NCBI GenBank assembly: GCA_022820835.1
Contig: JAJEET010000039.1
Span: forward strand, 702 to 64,701
Length of the DNA stretch: 64,000 bases
Reading direction: 5' to 3'
From: Candidatus Poribacteria bacterium
GTDB taxonomy: Bacteria; Poribacteria; WGA-4E; WGA-3G
Positions 9,922 through 18,567 of the stretch are shown piece after piece. A model generated the notes under the pieces. The model did no database searches. It was not told the DNA's origin and saw nothing but the letters and a program-made list of their open reading frames with translations. How positions within the stretch are numbered: position 1 is the first letter of the stretch; each line of letters starts with the position of its first letter. The position numbers and the translations under genes were made by a program.

Positions 9922-10061
9922 GTAGGTTGGGTTGAACGGGATCTTACTTAAAACCTGGATATAAAGATATCTTCAAGTTCATCAAGAAACCTAAAATTAC
10001 CAGAAGTACAAGTGAAACCCAACACATTTTCACGCGGACAGCGTTTGGATTGTTGGGTTTC
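9922..10061. repeat. GTAGGTTGGGTT / AACCCAAC inverted-repeat element cluster
   Basis: GTAGGTTGGGTTGAACGG at 9922, GAAACCCAACA at 10014-10024 and its perfect complement TGTTGGGTTTC at about 10051-10061. The same termini recur at 46929-47034, with degenerate copies near 18015 and 34695-34764. Confidence 0.65.
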
Positions 10062-10142
10062 GCTATATTTATCTACTGGAATGGTTTCTCAAAAATCGGA
10101 ATGCTCTGTATAAACTTGAAGACTCTTAGAGAGACTTCCAAA

Positions 10143-12944
10143 ATGTTAATTTCAGAAAACAGACGACATTTCTGGTGCGCTGTAGCGATTTTATTCGGCA
10201 TCATATCATTATTAATCCCGATGTCCACCAGTGCTGAAGCACTTAAAATAGTTGTTCAAGATCAAAACCGGAACGCTATCCCAGAAGCAAAATTACAAAT
10301 CGGGAACCAAAAACGGACAACGGACGCATCTGGAGCCGCCACGTTCGACGACATATCCGGAGCGCAGTCGCTGACGGTGTTAGCAATCGGTTTTGCGAGC
10401 AAGCGGATTAACATCGCTGCGGGACAAACAGAAATGACAATCGTGCTTGCACCTGTCCAAACGGTTGATGCGGTTGTCGTTGTCGGTACGCGTAGCATCG
10501 GGCGGCGCGCCTTACAAGCACCCGTCCCGATTGAAGTGGTTGATAGAGAACAACTCAGGCTTACCGGTCAATCCGAAACGGGTCGTTCTATCCAGATGCT
10601 GGTACCCTCCTTCAACTTCCCGAGTTCAACGATTAGCGACGGTACCGACGCGTTGAGACCGGCGACATTGCGTGGCTTGGGACCCGATCATGTCCTGGTG
10701 TTGGTCAATGGTAAACGCCGTCACAAAAGTGCCTTGCTTCATGTCAACAGTTCTGTCGGTCGCGGCACTGCTGGCACGGATTTCAATGCGATTCCGTCGT
10801 CAGCGATCGAACGGATTGAGGTGTTACGCGACGGTGCCGCTGCACAATACGGTTCCGATGCTATTGCGGGTGTCATCAACATCGTGCTGAAAGACGATGC
10901 TAACGCAGGCAATGCCGACATCTACTGGGGACAAACTTATGAAGGTGACGGCGATACATGGAACGCTAACGCGAACTACGGCATGAAAGTCGGTGAATCG
11001 GGATTCCTCAACCTGACTGCTGAATGGCGTGACAGATACCGCACAAACCGTGCTGGACTCACAGGTACGCGACAATACGATTGGGGAGAAGTAGACCCTG
11101 GCAGACCACCTGACACCACGATTGAGATAACAGACGCGAACGGAAATGTGACGGGTGAAAAACCGGTATGGTTCGACCCGCGTGAATACTATTTTAATCG
11201 AAAAAATTTCCGTGTCGGAGATTCTGACTCGACACAGAAAGTTGGGTTCTATAATTTCGGTTTGCCCTTGACGGAAAGCATCGCGTTATATTCATTTGGA
11301 AGTTATTCGGCACGCCAAAACAATAGTTCCGGTTTCTACCGTAATTCCAAGGATACCAGCCGCAACGTGAAGGCGATTTATCCAGACGGATTTCTTCCCG
11401 AAATTAACACAGACATTAAAGATGTATCCATAGCATTCGGTGTCACTTGGAAACACGAGCCAACCGATTTAGATGTTGACATCGGTTTCAACCACGGTCT
11501 GAATACATTTGATTTCTTCGTTTCTAACTCTCTGAACGCATCCTACGGAGTTGGGAGTCCAACGTCCGCTGATTCCGGCGGCTTTCGACTCGATCAAACC
11601 GCTTTTAATGTAGATGTCACCTATCCGCTTGTGTACCAATCCTCACTGGTGAACTTAGCGGGTGGTATCGAGTTGCGTCGGGAAAGTTACGGCATCCGAG
11701 CAGGTGAACCCGTCTCTTGGCTCAACGCGGGGCTCGGTGCAGACGGTGCCGCGGGGGGTATCCAAGTTTTCCCCGGATTCCGACCCGACAACGAATTGGA
11801 CGAAAGTCGAACCGACATCGCAGGGTATGCAGACTTTGAATCCTATCTCAGCGGAAAGGTAGGAACGGGGTTACTTGTTGGTGCAGCCGTGCGAGGTGAA
11901 CAGTATAGCGACTTCGGTGCTACGGTCACAGGGAAAGTGACGACGCGTTACGACTTGACGGAACAGATTGCCGTCCGCGCTGCGGGGAGTACCGGTTTTC
12001 GAGCGCCTTTACTCCAACAAATCTATTTCAACAACATCAGCACACAATTCAAGGCAGACAATAACGACGCTGACGGTGATGGGAACACAACGGAACTCCT
12101 ACCGTTTGAAGTGGGGACATTTCAAAATGATAGTGATGCGTCGCGGGCACTCAACATTCCAGAACTCAAAGAAGAGACCTCAGTCAATGTTTCTGGTGGA
12201 ATTGTCGTCAAACCGATTCAGAACCTATGGTTGACGGTTGATGCGTTCCAGATTAATATTGACGATCGGATTGTTCTCAGTGGAAGTTTCAGTGCGGATG
12301 CCGTACCTGCATTGGTAGCGGCTGGCGCGAATCAGGCACAGGTTTTTACAAATGTCGCCCAAACGCGCACCCGCGGCATTGACGTGGCAACAGGGTACCT
12401 ACACGCTTTCGACAATGAATCCATCTTGAATGTCAGAATCGCGGCGACTTGGGCGGATACGGAAGTTATCGGTGATGTAGAAGCTCCCGGTCCTATTCTG
12501 ATCGGTTTTGAGGAAATCCTTTTCCCGAAACGGGAACGCTCGATTATTGAGGAATGGCAACCGAACACTCGTGTGAATATCAATGTGGATTATCTCATCA
12601 GTGATCTGACTATCGGCGGTGCCTTGCGCTACTTCGGCAGCTACACCGTCCAAGCCGGAAGCGGAGAGAATGCACAGCGACAGACCTACAGTGGAAAATG
12701 GCTCGCTGATCTTCAAGGGATATATCAACTCAACAAATCTTTAACGCTGACACTGGGGATAAACAATTTTCTTAATCAGTTGACTGACCTGAACGAGGTC
12801 GGTCAAGCGCGTGGTGGCACCTTAATAGATAGTACTGGGACAGTCATTGTGGATTCGCCAGGGGTTTTCACGTATGACCGGGCAGCTGCACCGTTCGGTT
12901 TCAACGGCGGCTTTTACTACGCAAAGTTAGCCTATCGTTTTTAG
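10143..12944 (+). CDS. TonB-dependent receptor, tandem paralog of 7089..9881
   Basis: Collinear with the upstream receptor over its full length. I place the start at MLISENRRHFW (ATG 10143), which aligns with the paralog N-terminus. The 31-aa extension from 10050 lies inside the repeat element. Confidence 0.9.
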   Translation: MLISENRRHFWCAVAILFGIISLLIPMSTSAEALKIVVQDQNRNAIPEAKLQIGNQKRTTDASGAATFDDISGAQSLTVLAIGFASKRINIAAGQTEMTIVLAPVQTVDAVVVVGTRSIGRRALQAPVPIEVVDREQLRLTGQSETGRSIQMLVPSFNFPSSTISDGTDALRPATLRGLGPDHVLVLVNGKRRHKSALLHVNSSVGRGTAGTDFNAIPSSAIERIEVLRDGAAAQYGSDAIAGVINIVLKDDANAGNADIYWGQTYEGDGDTWNANANYGMKVGESGFLNLTAEWRDRYRTNRAGLTGTRQYDWGEVDPGRPPDTTIEITDANGNVTGEKPVWFDPREYYFNRKNFRVGDSDSTQKVGFYNFGLPLTESIALYSFGSYSARQNNSSGFYRNSKDTSRNVKAIYPDGFLPEINTDIKDVSIAFGVTWKHEPTDLDVDIGFNHGLNTFDFFVSNSLNASYGVGSPTSADSGGFRLDQTAFNVDVTYPLVYQSSLVNLAGGIELRRESYGIRAGEPVSWLNAGLGADGAAGGIQVFPGFRPDNELDESRTDIAGYADFESYLSGKVGTGLLVGAAVRGEQYSDFGATVTGKVTTRYDLTEQIAVRAAGSTGFRAPLLQQIYFNNISTQFKADNNDADGDGNTTELLPFEVGTFQNDSDASRALNIPELKEETSVNVSGGIVVKPIQNLWLTVDAFQINIDDRIVLSGSFSADAVPALVAAGANQAQVFTNVAQTRTRGIDVATGYLHAFDNESILNVRIAATWADTEVIGDVEAPGPILIGFEEILFPKRERSIIEEWQPNTRVNINVDYLISDLTIGGALRYFGSYTVQAGSGENAQRQTYSGKWLADLQGIYQLNKSLTLTLGINNFLNQLTDLNEVGQARGGTLIDSTGTVIVDSPGVFTYDRAAAPFGFNGGFYYAKLAYRF

Positions 12945-12960
12945 GATAACTGTTATCAGT

Positions 12961-13112
12961 AGGACTTACGCATGTTGCTCTTTTGTACCACGATGCACTT
13001 CGCATCTGGGCGAGTACGCCGCAAAACTTCCCAGTTTGTGCCACCAGAACACTATGTTTTACGAGAAACCTCATCTAACAGAACAGGCTGCAGCCAAAAT
13101 TGCGTAAGTCCT
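12961..13112. repeat. Element bounded by inverted repeats AGGACTTACGCA / TGCGTAAGTCCT
   Basis: Perfect 12-nt terminal inverted repeats, beginning 17 nt after the TBDR stop. Same family as 5034-5123. Confidence 0.6.
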
Positions 13113-13143
13113 GTGTTACCAACACGCAAAGAATAACAAAATC

Positions 13144-13170
13144 AGGCGCGGTTGAAACCGCGCCTTTTTC
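13144..13170 (+). terminator. Rho-independent terminator
   Basis: Stem AGGCGCGGTT/AACCGCGCCT with a short loop, followed by TTTTT. Confidence 0.6.
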
Positions 13171-13246
13171 GCGTAATTTCTATTGCATAGATTTGCAGAG
13201 TGTGCTAAATTGAGTCCGAGATTTGATTCTATAAGGAGTGTATCGA

Positions 13247-13813
13247 ATGCATCGAAACCTTTTAATTTTTTGTGTAGCGGTGCTGTTTGTCGGTGCCGTT
13301 ATTGCGCTGAGCATCCGTTCTGTTGAGAGCCAGAGTGATATGGTACAACGTGGTAAATACCTCGTGGACGCAGTCGCCGCGTGTGGATATTGTCACACGC
13401 CGCGTACGGGTGCCGAGTACAATATGGATATGTACCTTGCTGGTCACCTCGCCGGACAACGGTATCCGAGCTACAATCTTCGCAGCATGATGCCACTGGA
13501 CATTTTCATCTTAACATCAACGAAGATGACCGCCTTCTCCGGTCCATTCGGAACGAGTTTCGCCTCGAACCTGACTCCCGATAAAGAGACGGGGTTAGGC
13601 GAATGGACGGAAGAGATGTTCATCGGCGCAATACGTACAGGACTGCATCAAGGTGTTGAAGGTAATCGACCAATTTTACCACCGATGCCTGTGAAGCACT
13701 ACGCCCAGATGAACGATGAAGATTTGAAAGCGATTTGGGCGTACCTCAAGACGATAAAACCTGTCAAAAACGAGGTGAACCCACCACTAAATCAACGCGG
13801 TCGTCCATATTAA
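13247..13813 (+). CDS. Membrane-anchored mono-haem c-type cytochrome
   Basis: CGYCH haem-binding motif, a PPMP candidate Met ligand and an N-terminal TM/signal segment. AAGGAG RBS lies 8 nt upstream of ATG 13247, which I prefer over GTG 13238. Confidence 0.75.
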   Translation: MHRNLLIFCVAVLFVGAVIALSIRSVESQSDMVQRGKYLVDAVAACGYCHTPRTGAEYNMDMYLAGHLAGQRYPSYNLRSMMPLDIFILTSTKMTAFSGPFGTSFASNLTPDKETGLGEWTEEMFIGAIRTGLHQGVEGNRPILPPMPVKHYAQMNDEDLKAIWAYLKTIKPVKNEVNPPLNQRGRPY

Positions 13814-13950
13814 AATAGTTGTCAGTTGTCAGTACGCTGCGCTTTCAGTTATTGGTTAAAGAGGATTCTGATTTAGTCAATCCACCTCTTACCTGATAAC
13901 CGAACTCTCATTGTGAGGCAAACTGACAACCCTAAAACTGATAACCAAAC
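13814..13950 (+). repeat. Heptamer-array palindromic intergenic element (AATAGTTGTCAGTTGTCAGT ... ACTGATAAC)
   Basis: It starts directly after the TAA stop. The left arm is (GTTGTCA)n-like and the right arm holds CTGATAAC/CTGACAAC units. Its first 50 nt are near-identical to the reverse complement of 45588-45637. Confidence 0.7.
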
Positions 13951-13970
13951 ATTTGGAGATACTTTGTTAT

Positions 13971-15032
13971 ATGGCAGCAAAAGACTCTGTTCGTATCGCC
14001 GTCGTCGGCATGGGTATCGGTAGACCCAATGGAACGGCACTCGCCGGAAACCCACGCGGCAATGTCGTCGCACTCTGTGATCTACTCGAAGATCGGATGA
14101 AAGATTTCGCTAAGGACTTACCCGGCAAGGTCAAATTTTATACAGATTATAAAGAGATGTGCAAAGCCGATGATATCGACGCGGTATTCGTCGGCACGCC
14201 GAACCAGTGGCATGTTCCCATCGCGTTAGAAGCCGTGCGGAACGGTAAGCACGTCATGGTAACGAAACCGCTCGCCGATTCCGAGGAAGCAGCGCAAAAA
14301 CTGGTCACAGAAGCAGAGGCAGCCGGTGTCGTCAATATGATGTCGCTCTCGACGCGCTTTGGGAAAGAATGCCAATACCTCGGTAACCTCGCACGCGACG
14401 ACTATTTTGGCGAACTCTATTACGCGCGGGCACGGAGCGTGCGCAGGAGCGGTATCCCCGCATGGAATCTCGGTTTCATCCAGAAAGGTGGCGGCGCATT
14501 TCGCGATATGGGGGTCCATGTGCTTGACTCGGCATGGTGGATCCTCGGACTGCCGACACCGATCGCCGTACTCGGTGCTGCTGGCGCGAAGTTCGGACCC
14601 CGAGGACTCGGCTACTGGAACGGGACGAAAGCGCCTAAAGAGATCTACGAGAAATATGATTCCGATGACTACGCTGGCGGGTTCATCACTTTTGAAGGCG
14701 GTGTCGGTTTGCAGGTCGAAAGTTTTTGGGCATCACACCAACCCAACGAATTTCAGATTGAGTTGTTCGGCACAGAAGCGGGGGCAACGATGAGCCCTTT
14801 GCTACTGTACCGAACCAATAAAAAAGGTGAATTTGAGGATATAGAAGGGAAACCGCCAAAGAGTAAGTATGGAAGGTCGTGGGACGCTATCGCTGATCAT
14901 TTTATAGAATGCATCTTGGATGACGTAACCTGCAAAGCACCGCTCCGCCATGGATTGATCGTCCAACAGATGATGGAAGGGCTGCTCAAGAGTGCCGAGA
15001 CCGGACGTGAAGTTCAGATTAAAGAGGGATAA
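13971..15032 (+). CDS. Gfo/Idh/MocA family oxidoreductase
   Basis: N-terminal Rossmann segment VRIAVVGMGIGRPN and family motifs EKPLA-like (VTKPLADS). ATG 13971 is preferred over TTG 13953. Confidence 0.85.
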   Translation: MAAKDSVRIAVVGMGIGRPNGTALAGNPRGNVVALCDLLEDRMKDFAKDLPGKVKFYTDYKEMCKADDIDAVFVGTPNQWHVPIALEAVRNGKHVMVTKPLADSEEAAQKLVTEAEAAGVVNMMSLSTRFGKECQYLGNLARDDYFGELYYARARSVRRSGIPAWNLGFIQKGGGAFRDMGVHVLDSAWWILGLPTPIAVLGAAGAKFGPRGLGYWNGTKAPKEIYEKYDSDDYAGGFITFEGGVGLQVESFWASHQPNEFQIELFGTEAGATMSPLLLYRTNKKGEFEDIEGKPPKSKYGRSWDAIADHFIECILDDVTCKAPLRHGLIVQQMMEGLLKSAETGREVQIKEG

Positions 15033-15035
15033 AAA

Positions 15036-15761
15036 ATGACCCCTGACCTAACAACGATTCGCGACGATTTTGTGAGAAACGGTTTCGCTATTGCCCGGAA
15101 CCTGTTTACGCGAAGTGAAGTCCAACGGCTCAAGTCAGAATGCATCGACATTTTGGCAGCCGTTAAAGCGGAGACAGGTTCAGTCGCTGGACACGGCGTA
15201 CATGTCGGTTTAGCGACGCGGAGTCCCGTCTTCCAAAAAGTGATCGGTGACGAGCGGATACTCGATATCTTGGAAGGCATCCTCGCGCCGGACATTGAAT
15301 TTTTGAGCGATAAGGTGGTCTTCAAGAGTGAGGCGATGACTTTCGCGAGTCCTTGGCACCAAGACTGGCACTATTGGCACGGTGCACACAAAGTCTCAAT
15401 CTGGGTGGCACTCGACGATGCGACTGTTGAAAACGGGTGTCTCAAGTTATTCCCGGGTTCACATAAATCCGCGATTCTCCACGATGGCGAGGCAAGTGAT
15501 GGACACGGGTTCGGGAACCGGTTGCGTCCGGGTGCAGTTGATGAGAACCTCGCCGTCACAGCGGAAGTGGAAGCCGGTGGTGCCGTCTTTTTTCACGATT
15601 TGACGCTCCACTCCAGTCATCCGAACATTTCTGGTGAGGAACGCTGGGTCTGGATTCCGACGTATCGCGACGCAAACGCTGAGGACAACGACTATCCGTG
15701 GGCTGTCGCTGCGAAAGTTTTACGCGGTCAAAAATCGTCTGAATCAGGATTTACAAAATAG
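15036..15761 (+). CDS. Phytanoyl-CoA dioxygenase (PhyH) family dioxygenase
   Basis: Motifs WHQDWHYW and HSSHPN, with an FVRNGF N-terminal motif. The gene starts 3 nt after the upstream stop. Confidence 0.8.
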   Translation: MTPDLTTIRDDFVRNGFAIARNLFTRSEVQRLKSECIDILAAVKAETGSVAGHGVHVGLATRSPVFQKVIGDERILDILEGILAPDIEFLSDKVVFKSEAMTFASPWHQDWHYWHGAHKVSIWVALDDATVENGCLKLFPGSHKSAILHDGEASDGHGFGNRLRPGAVDENLAVTAEVEAGGAVFFHDLTLHSSHPNISGEERWVWIPTYRDANAEDNDYPWAVAAKVLRGQKSSESGFTK

Positions 15762-15878
15762 CCATAATTAGAAATAGTGGTTCCAAATGCCAAGCTTGAA
15801 ATGAAATGGAAAGCGACTCTTAATAAATACGCGTGAGGTCCCAGATCCACGTGTTTAACCGCAAGGAAAATTAGAAAT

Positions 15879-16733
15879 ATGTTTAAGAATCTGAGTACCG
15901 GTGCCGTTGGTATCCGGGCGGATATGAGAGAAGGTTTAGAACTCGCAAAAAATGCGGGGTTTGACGGGTTGGATCTGAATATCGGTGAAGCCGCACAACT
16001 CGCAGAAGAACATTCCGTGCAATACGTCAAAGACCTCTGGTCGGATGCGGGTATTGTCATGGGGGGCTGGGGTTTCGGTGTCAACTGGCGCGGTTCCGAT
16101 GCCGAATATTATGCCGGTTTGGCGCAGCTACCGGAACGTGCAGCACTCGCCGCAGAACTCGGTTGCTACCGGACGACAACCGTCGTTGGTCCCGCCTCAA
16201 ACGATATGACGTATCAGCAGAATTGGGATTTCTCCGTCAAACGGTTACGTGCTGTTGCCGAAATTCTCAGTGCACACGGACACGCAATCGGACTTGAGTT
16301 TATTGGACCCGCAACGAGCCGCAAAAGTGCCAAACATCTCTTCGCCTATTCTATGGATGCGATGTTAGGACTTGCCGCCGCTATCGGTACCGGAAACGTC
16401 GGACTGCTCTTCGATACATGGCACTGGTACACCTGTCGTTCCACAGTTGACGACGTACGGAAACTCTCTGTATCGGATGTCGTCTACGTCCACATCAACG
16501 ATGCACCCGCTGGCATTGATCCTGATGATCAGATTGACAACATCAGATGCCTACCTGCCGAAACGGGTGTGATTCCGCTCACGGAACTGATGCAAATCCT
16601 GACGGAGATCGGTTACGAGGGACCGGTAACGCCAGAACCTTTCAGCAAAGCGGTGAACGAGATGGAACCTGCAGATGCTGCGAAAGCGACTGCGGAATCG
16701 CTCGATAAAGTATGGAAAAACGCTGGTCTGTAG
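15879..16733 (+). CDS. Sugar phosphate isomerase/epimerase (xylose-isomerase-like TIM barrel)
   Basis: 284-aa ORF with motifs GLEFIGP, FDTWHW, HINDAP and EPF typical of the AP_endonuc_2/TIM family. Confidence 0.8.
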   Translation: MFKNLSTGAVGIRADMREGLELAKNAGFDGLDLNIGEAAQLAEEHSVQYVKDLWSDAGIVMGGWGFGVNWRGSDAEYYAGLAQLPERAALAAELGCYRTTTVVGPASNDMTYQQNWDFSVKRLRAVAEILSAHGHAIGLEFIGPATSRKSAKHLFAYSMDAMLGLAAAIGTGNVGLLFDTWHWYTCRSTVDDVRKLSVSDVVYVHINDAPAGIDPDDQIDNIRCLPAETGVIPLTELMQILTEIGYEGPVTPEPFSKAVNEMEPADAAKATAESLDKVWKNAGL

Positions 16734-16754
16734 GCGCACGCCAAAGAGGTTAAT

Positions 16755-17567
16755 ATGCAACTCATTGATAAAGAGAGTATCCTCGCAATGACGCATCTGT
16801 GGGAAGGCGATCGGTTCCCTGATGGACGACCGCGCGTTCCCGACGATATCATTCAGCGTATGAAGGCTATCAGTATTGAACAAGCGTGGGGTGTGCTCAA
16901 CGGAAACGGCTATAAATTTCAGTTCGCTGGCGATTGGATGAACCTCCACCCCGATCGGATTCTCGTCGGCAGAGCGGTGACGTGCGCTTTCGTTCCAATC
17001 CGCCCGGATTTCAACGACGCTGTCTCTGCACAAGGCGAAAAAGACGGATGCGTCGGCGGTCAAAACTCATGGGTGATTGATACGCTCGTTCAAGATGATG
17101 TTATCGTCGTGGACCTCTTCGGTAAAGTGAAAGATGGCACTTTCGCGGGTGACAACCTCGGCAACTCTATCTATGCGAAAACGGGAACCGGCATGGTCAT
17201 TGACGGTGGGATCCGAGATTTGGACGGTATCTACGAGTTGCCTGATTTCGCCACGTTCGTACGCGGGGTGGATCCGACAGGTATTGCGAACGTCACGTTG
17301 ACGGGCATCAACATCCCGATCCGTATTGCGGAGGCGACGGTTTTACCGGGGGATGTCGTTTTGGGCAGACGTGGCGGGATTATCTTTATTCCGCCGCATT
17401 TCGCACAACAGGTCGTCGAGCGCGGTGAAGAGGTCGCACTCCGCGACAGATTTGGACATCAACGGCTACGCGAAGGCGTGTACACACCCGGGGAAATAGA
17501 CCGCAAATGGTCGGAGGAGATTGAGGCAGACTTTGAGAAGTGGCGTGAGGATCAAGATTCCGAATAA
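16755..17567 (+). CDS. RraA/HMG-aldolase family protein
   Basis: Motif GDNLGNSIYAKTGTGMVIDGGIRDLDGI typical of the RraA-like family. Confidence 0.7.
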   Translation: MQLIDKESILAMTHLWEGDRFPDGRPRVPDDIIQRMKAISIEQAWGVLNGNGYKFQFAGDWMNLHPDRILVGRAVTCAFVPIRPDFNDAVSAQGEKDGCVGGQNSWVIDTLVQDDVIVVDLFGKVKDGTFAGDNLGNSIYAKTGTGMVIDGGIRDLDGIYELPDFATFVRGVDPTGIANVTLTGINIPIRIAEATVLPGDVVLGRRGGIIFIPPHFAQQVVERGEEVALRDRFGHQRLREGVYTPGEIDRKWSEEIEADFEKWREDQDSE

Positions 17568-17584
17568 CAAGGAGGTTCCCAAAT

Positions 17585-17803
17585 ATGAAACTCGAGCAAG
17601 TGATAAACCAGGACCCTGAGATTCACGGTGGAACTCCCGTATTTAAAGGAACACGGGTGCCTGTAGAGGCACTCATCGATCACCTGAAATCCGGAGAGAG
17701 TCTTGACTATTTTCTTGAAGGATTTCCGTCTGTTACTCGGGAGCAGGCGATCGCTTTTTTGGAACTCGCCTTGACCCACGCACTCCGATCACGCCCACAA
17801 TAG
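17585..17803 (+). CDS. DUF433-type antitoxin-like protein (solitary)
   Basis: 72-aa ORF containing IHGGTPVFKGTRVPVEALIDHLKSGESLDYFLEGFPSVTREQAIAFLE. No PIN/DUF5615-like partner ORF follows. Confidence 0.7.
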   Translation: MKLEQVINQDPEIHGGTPVFKGTRVPVEALIDHLKSGESLDYFLEGFPSVTREQAIAFLELALTHALRSRPQ

Positions 17804-18092
17804 GAACGCATCGGGTCGCGTTGTGATCTGGCAAGGGCGGATTTGTGAACTAATATCATTTTAAAATAAACGCCAACGAAAAATCGGTTCGTAGTAGCGC
17901 AATTTATTGCGCTCTTACAAGCGGATACCTCAGAACGTGAATTAGAACAGCTCCGCCGACAACTCGAAAACCGATAACGGAAACCGTGCTGCTGTTCTAA
18001 ACGGTGTCGCATAACCTGTTAGGTTGGGCATCGTCTTCTCGCAAAATGGTGTGGGAATCGGAAGTGAACATATCTGAATCAAGATTTTTTAT

Positions 18093-18120
18093 TTGACAAA
18101 TTTCCTTTTTCGGTTATAAT
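18093..18120 (+). promoter_or_regulatory. Consensus sigma70 promoter at the head of the AT-rich island
   Basis: TTGACA at 18093-18098, a 16-nt spacer and TATAAT at 18115-18120, about 80 nt upstream of the first island ORF. Confidence 0.55.
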
Positions 18121-18122
18121 TC

Positions 18123-18154
18123 ACGATAGTTATTTCTGAGATTAGGACTATCGT
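18123..18154. promoter_or_regulatory. Perfect 8-bp inverted repeat just downstream of the -10 (operator or 5'-UTR hairpin)
   Basis: ACGATAGT at 18123-18130 and ACTATCGT at 18147-18154, separated by 16 nt. Confidence 0.35.
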
Positions 18155-18198
18155 ATATTTTCAAATCATTAAAACGTTCAAATGGATCAATGCACATT

Positions 18199-18490
18199 AT
18201 GTATCGGTACAGAAAATGCGAGAAAAAAATAAAGTGGAAAACACGCCTTTTGCTGTTCCCTATCTGTCTATGCCTTTTTATTTTTTTTTATAGGTTGTGA
18301 CGGTGAAATGCCTATCCTAGACCCTCCAGAACCGCCACCGCCCTTACCGTCCATATCAGACAAACTTGTTGCGCACCTCTATTTTGACGCTACACTCTCC
18401 AGGCAAGGCTGTGTTGTTCTGGGTTTAACGCATTGCACCGAGATAGGTCCCTCTTTAGAGAGTGTGATTTTAAGGCGGTTGGAGAGATGA
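18199..18490 (+). pseudogene. Small lipoprotein gene split by a +1 frameshift in a T9 homopolymer
   Basis: ATG 18199 encodes MYRYRKCEKKIKWKTRLLLFPICLCLFIFF and then hits a stop at 18298. Removing one T from the T9 run (18281-18289) joins it to ...FFIGCDGEMPILDPPEPPPPLP..., the frame of ORF 18308..18490. That gives a textbook signal peptide plus lipobox (FIGC). Confidence 0.5.
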
Positions 18491-18567
18491 AAAGGCAGTT
18501 TTTTTCGGTTTTGTGAGCAAATTGAGCCTATTTTGGCGAAGGTATTGATAGTTGGAGTTTAATATAA

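Noticed and set aside
17707-18012. 101-aa minus-strand ORF at the left island border.
   Set aside because: It overlaps the DUF433 gene antisense and is Arg/Cys/Ser-rich. It has no RBS or motif and spans a hairpin-rich non-coding stretch.
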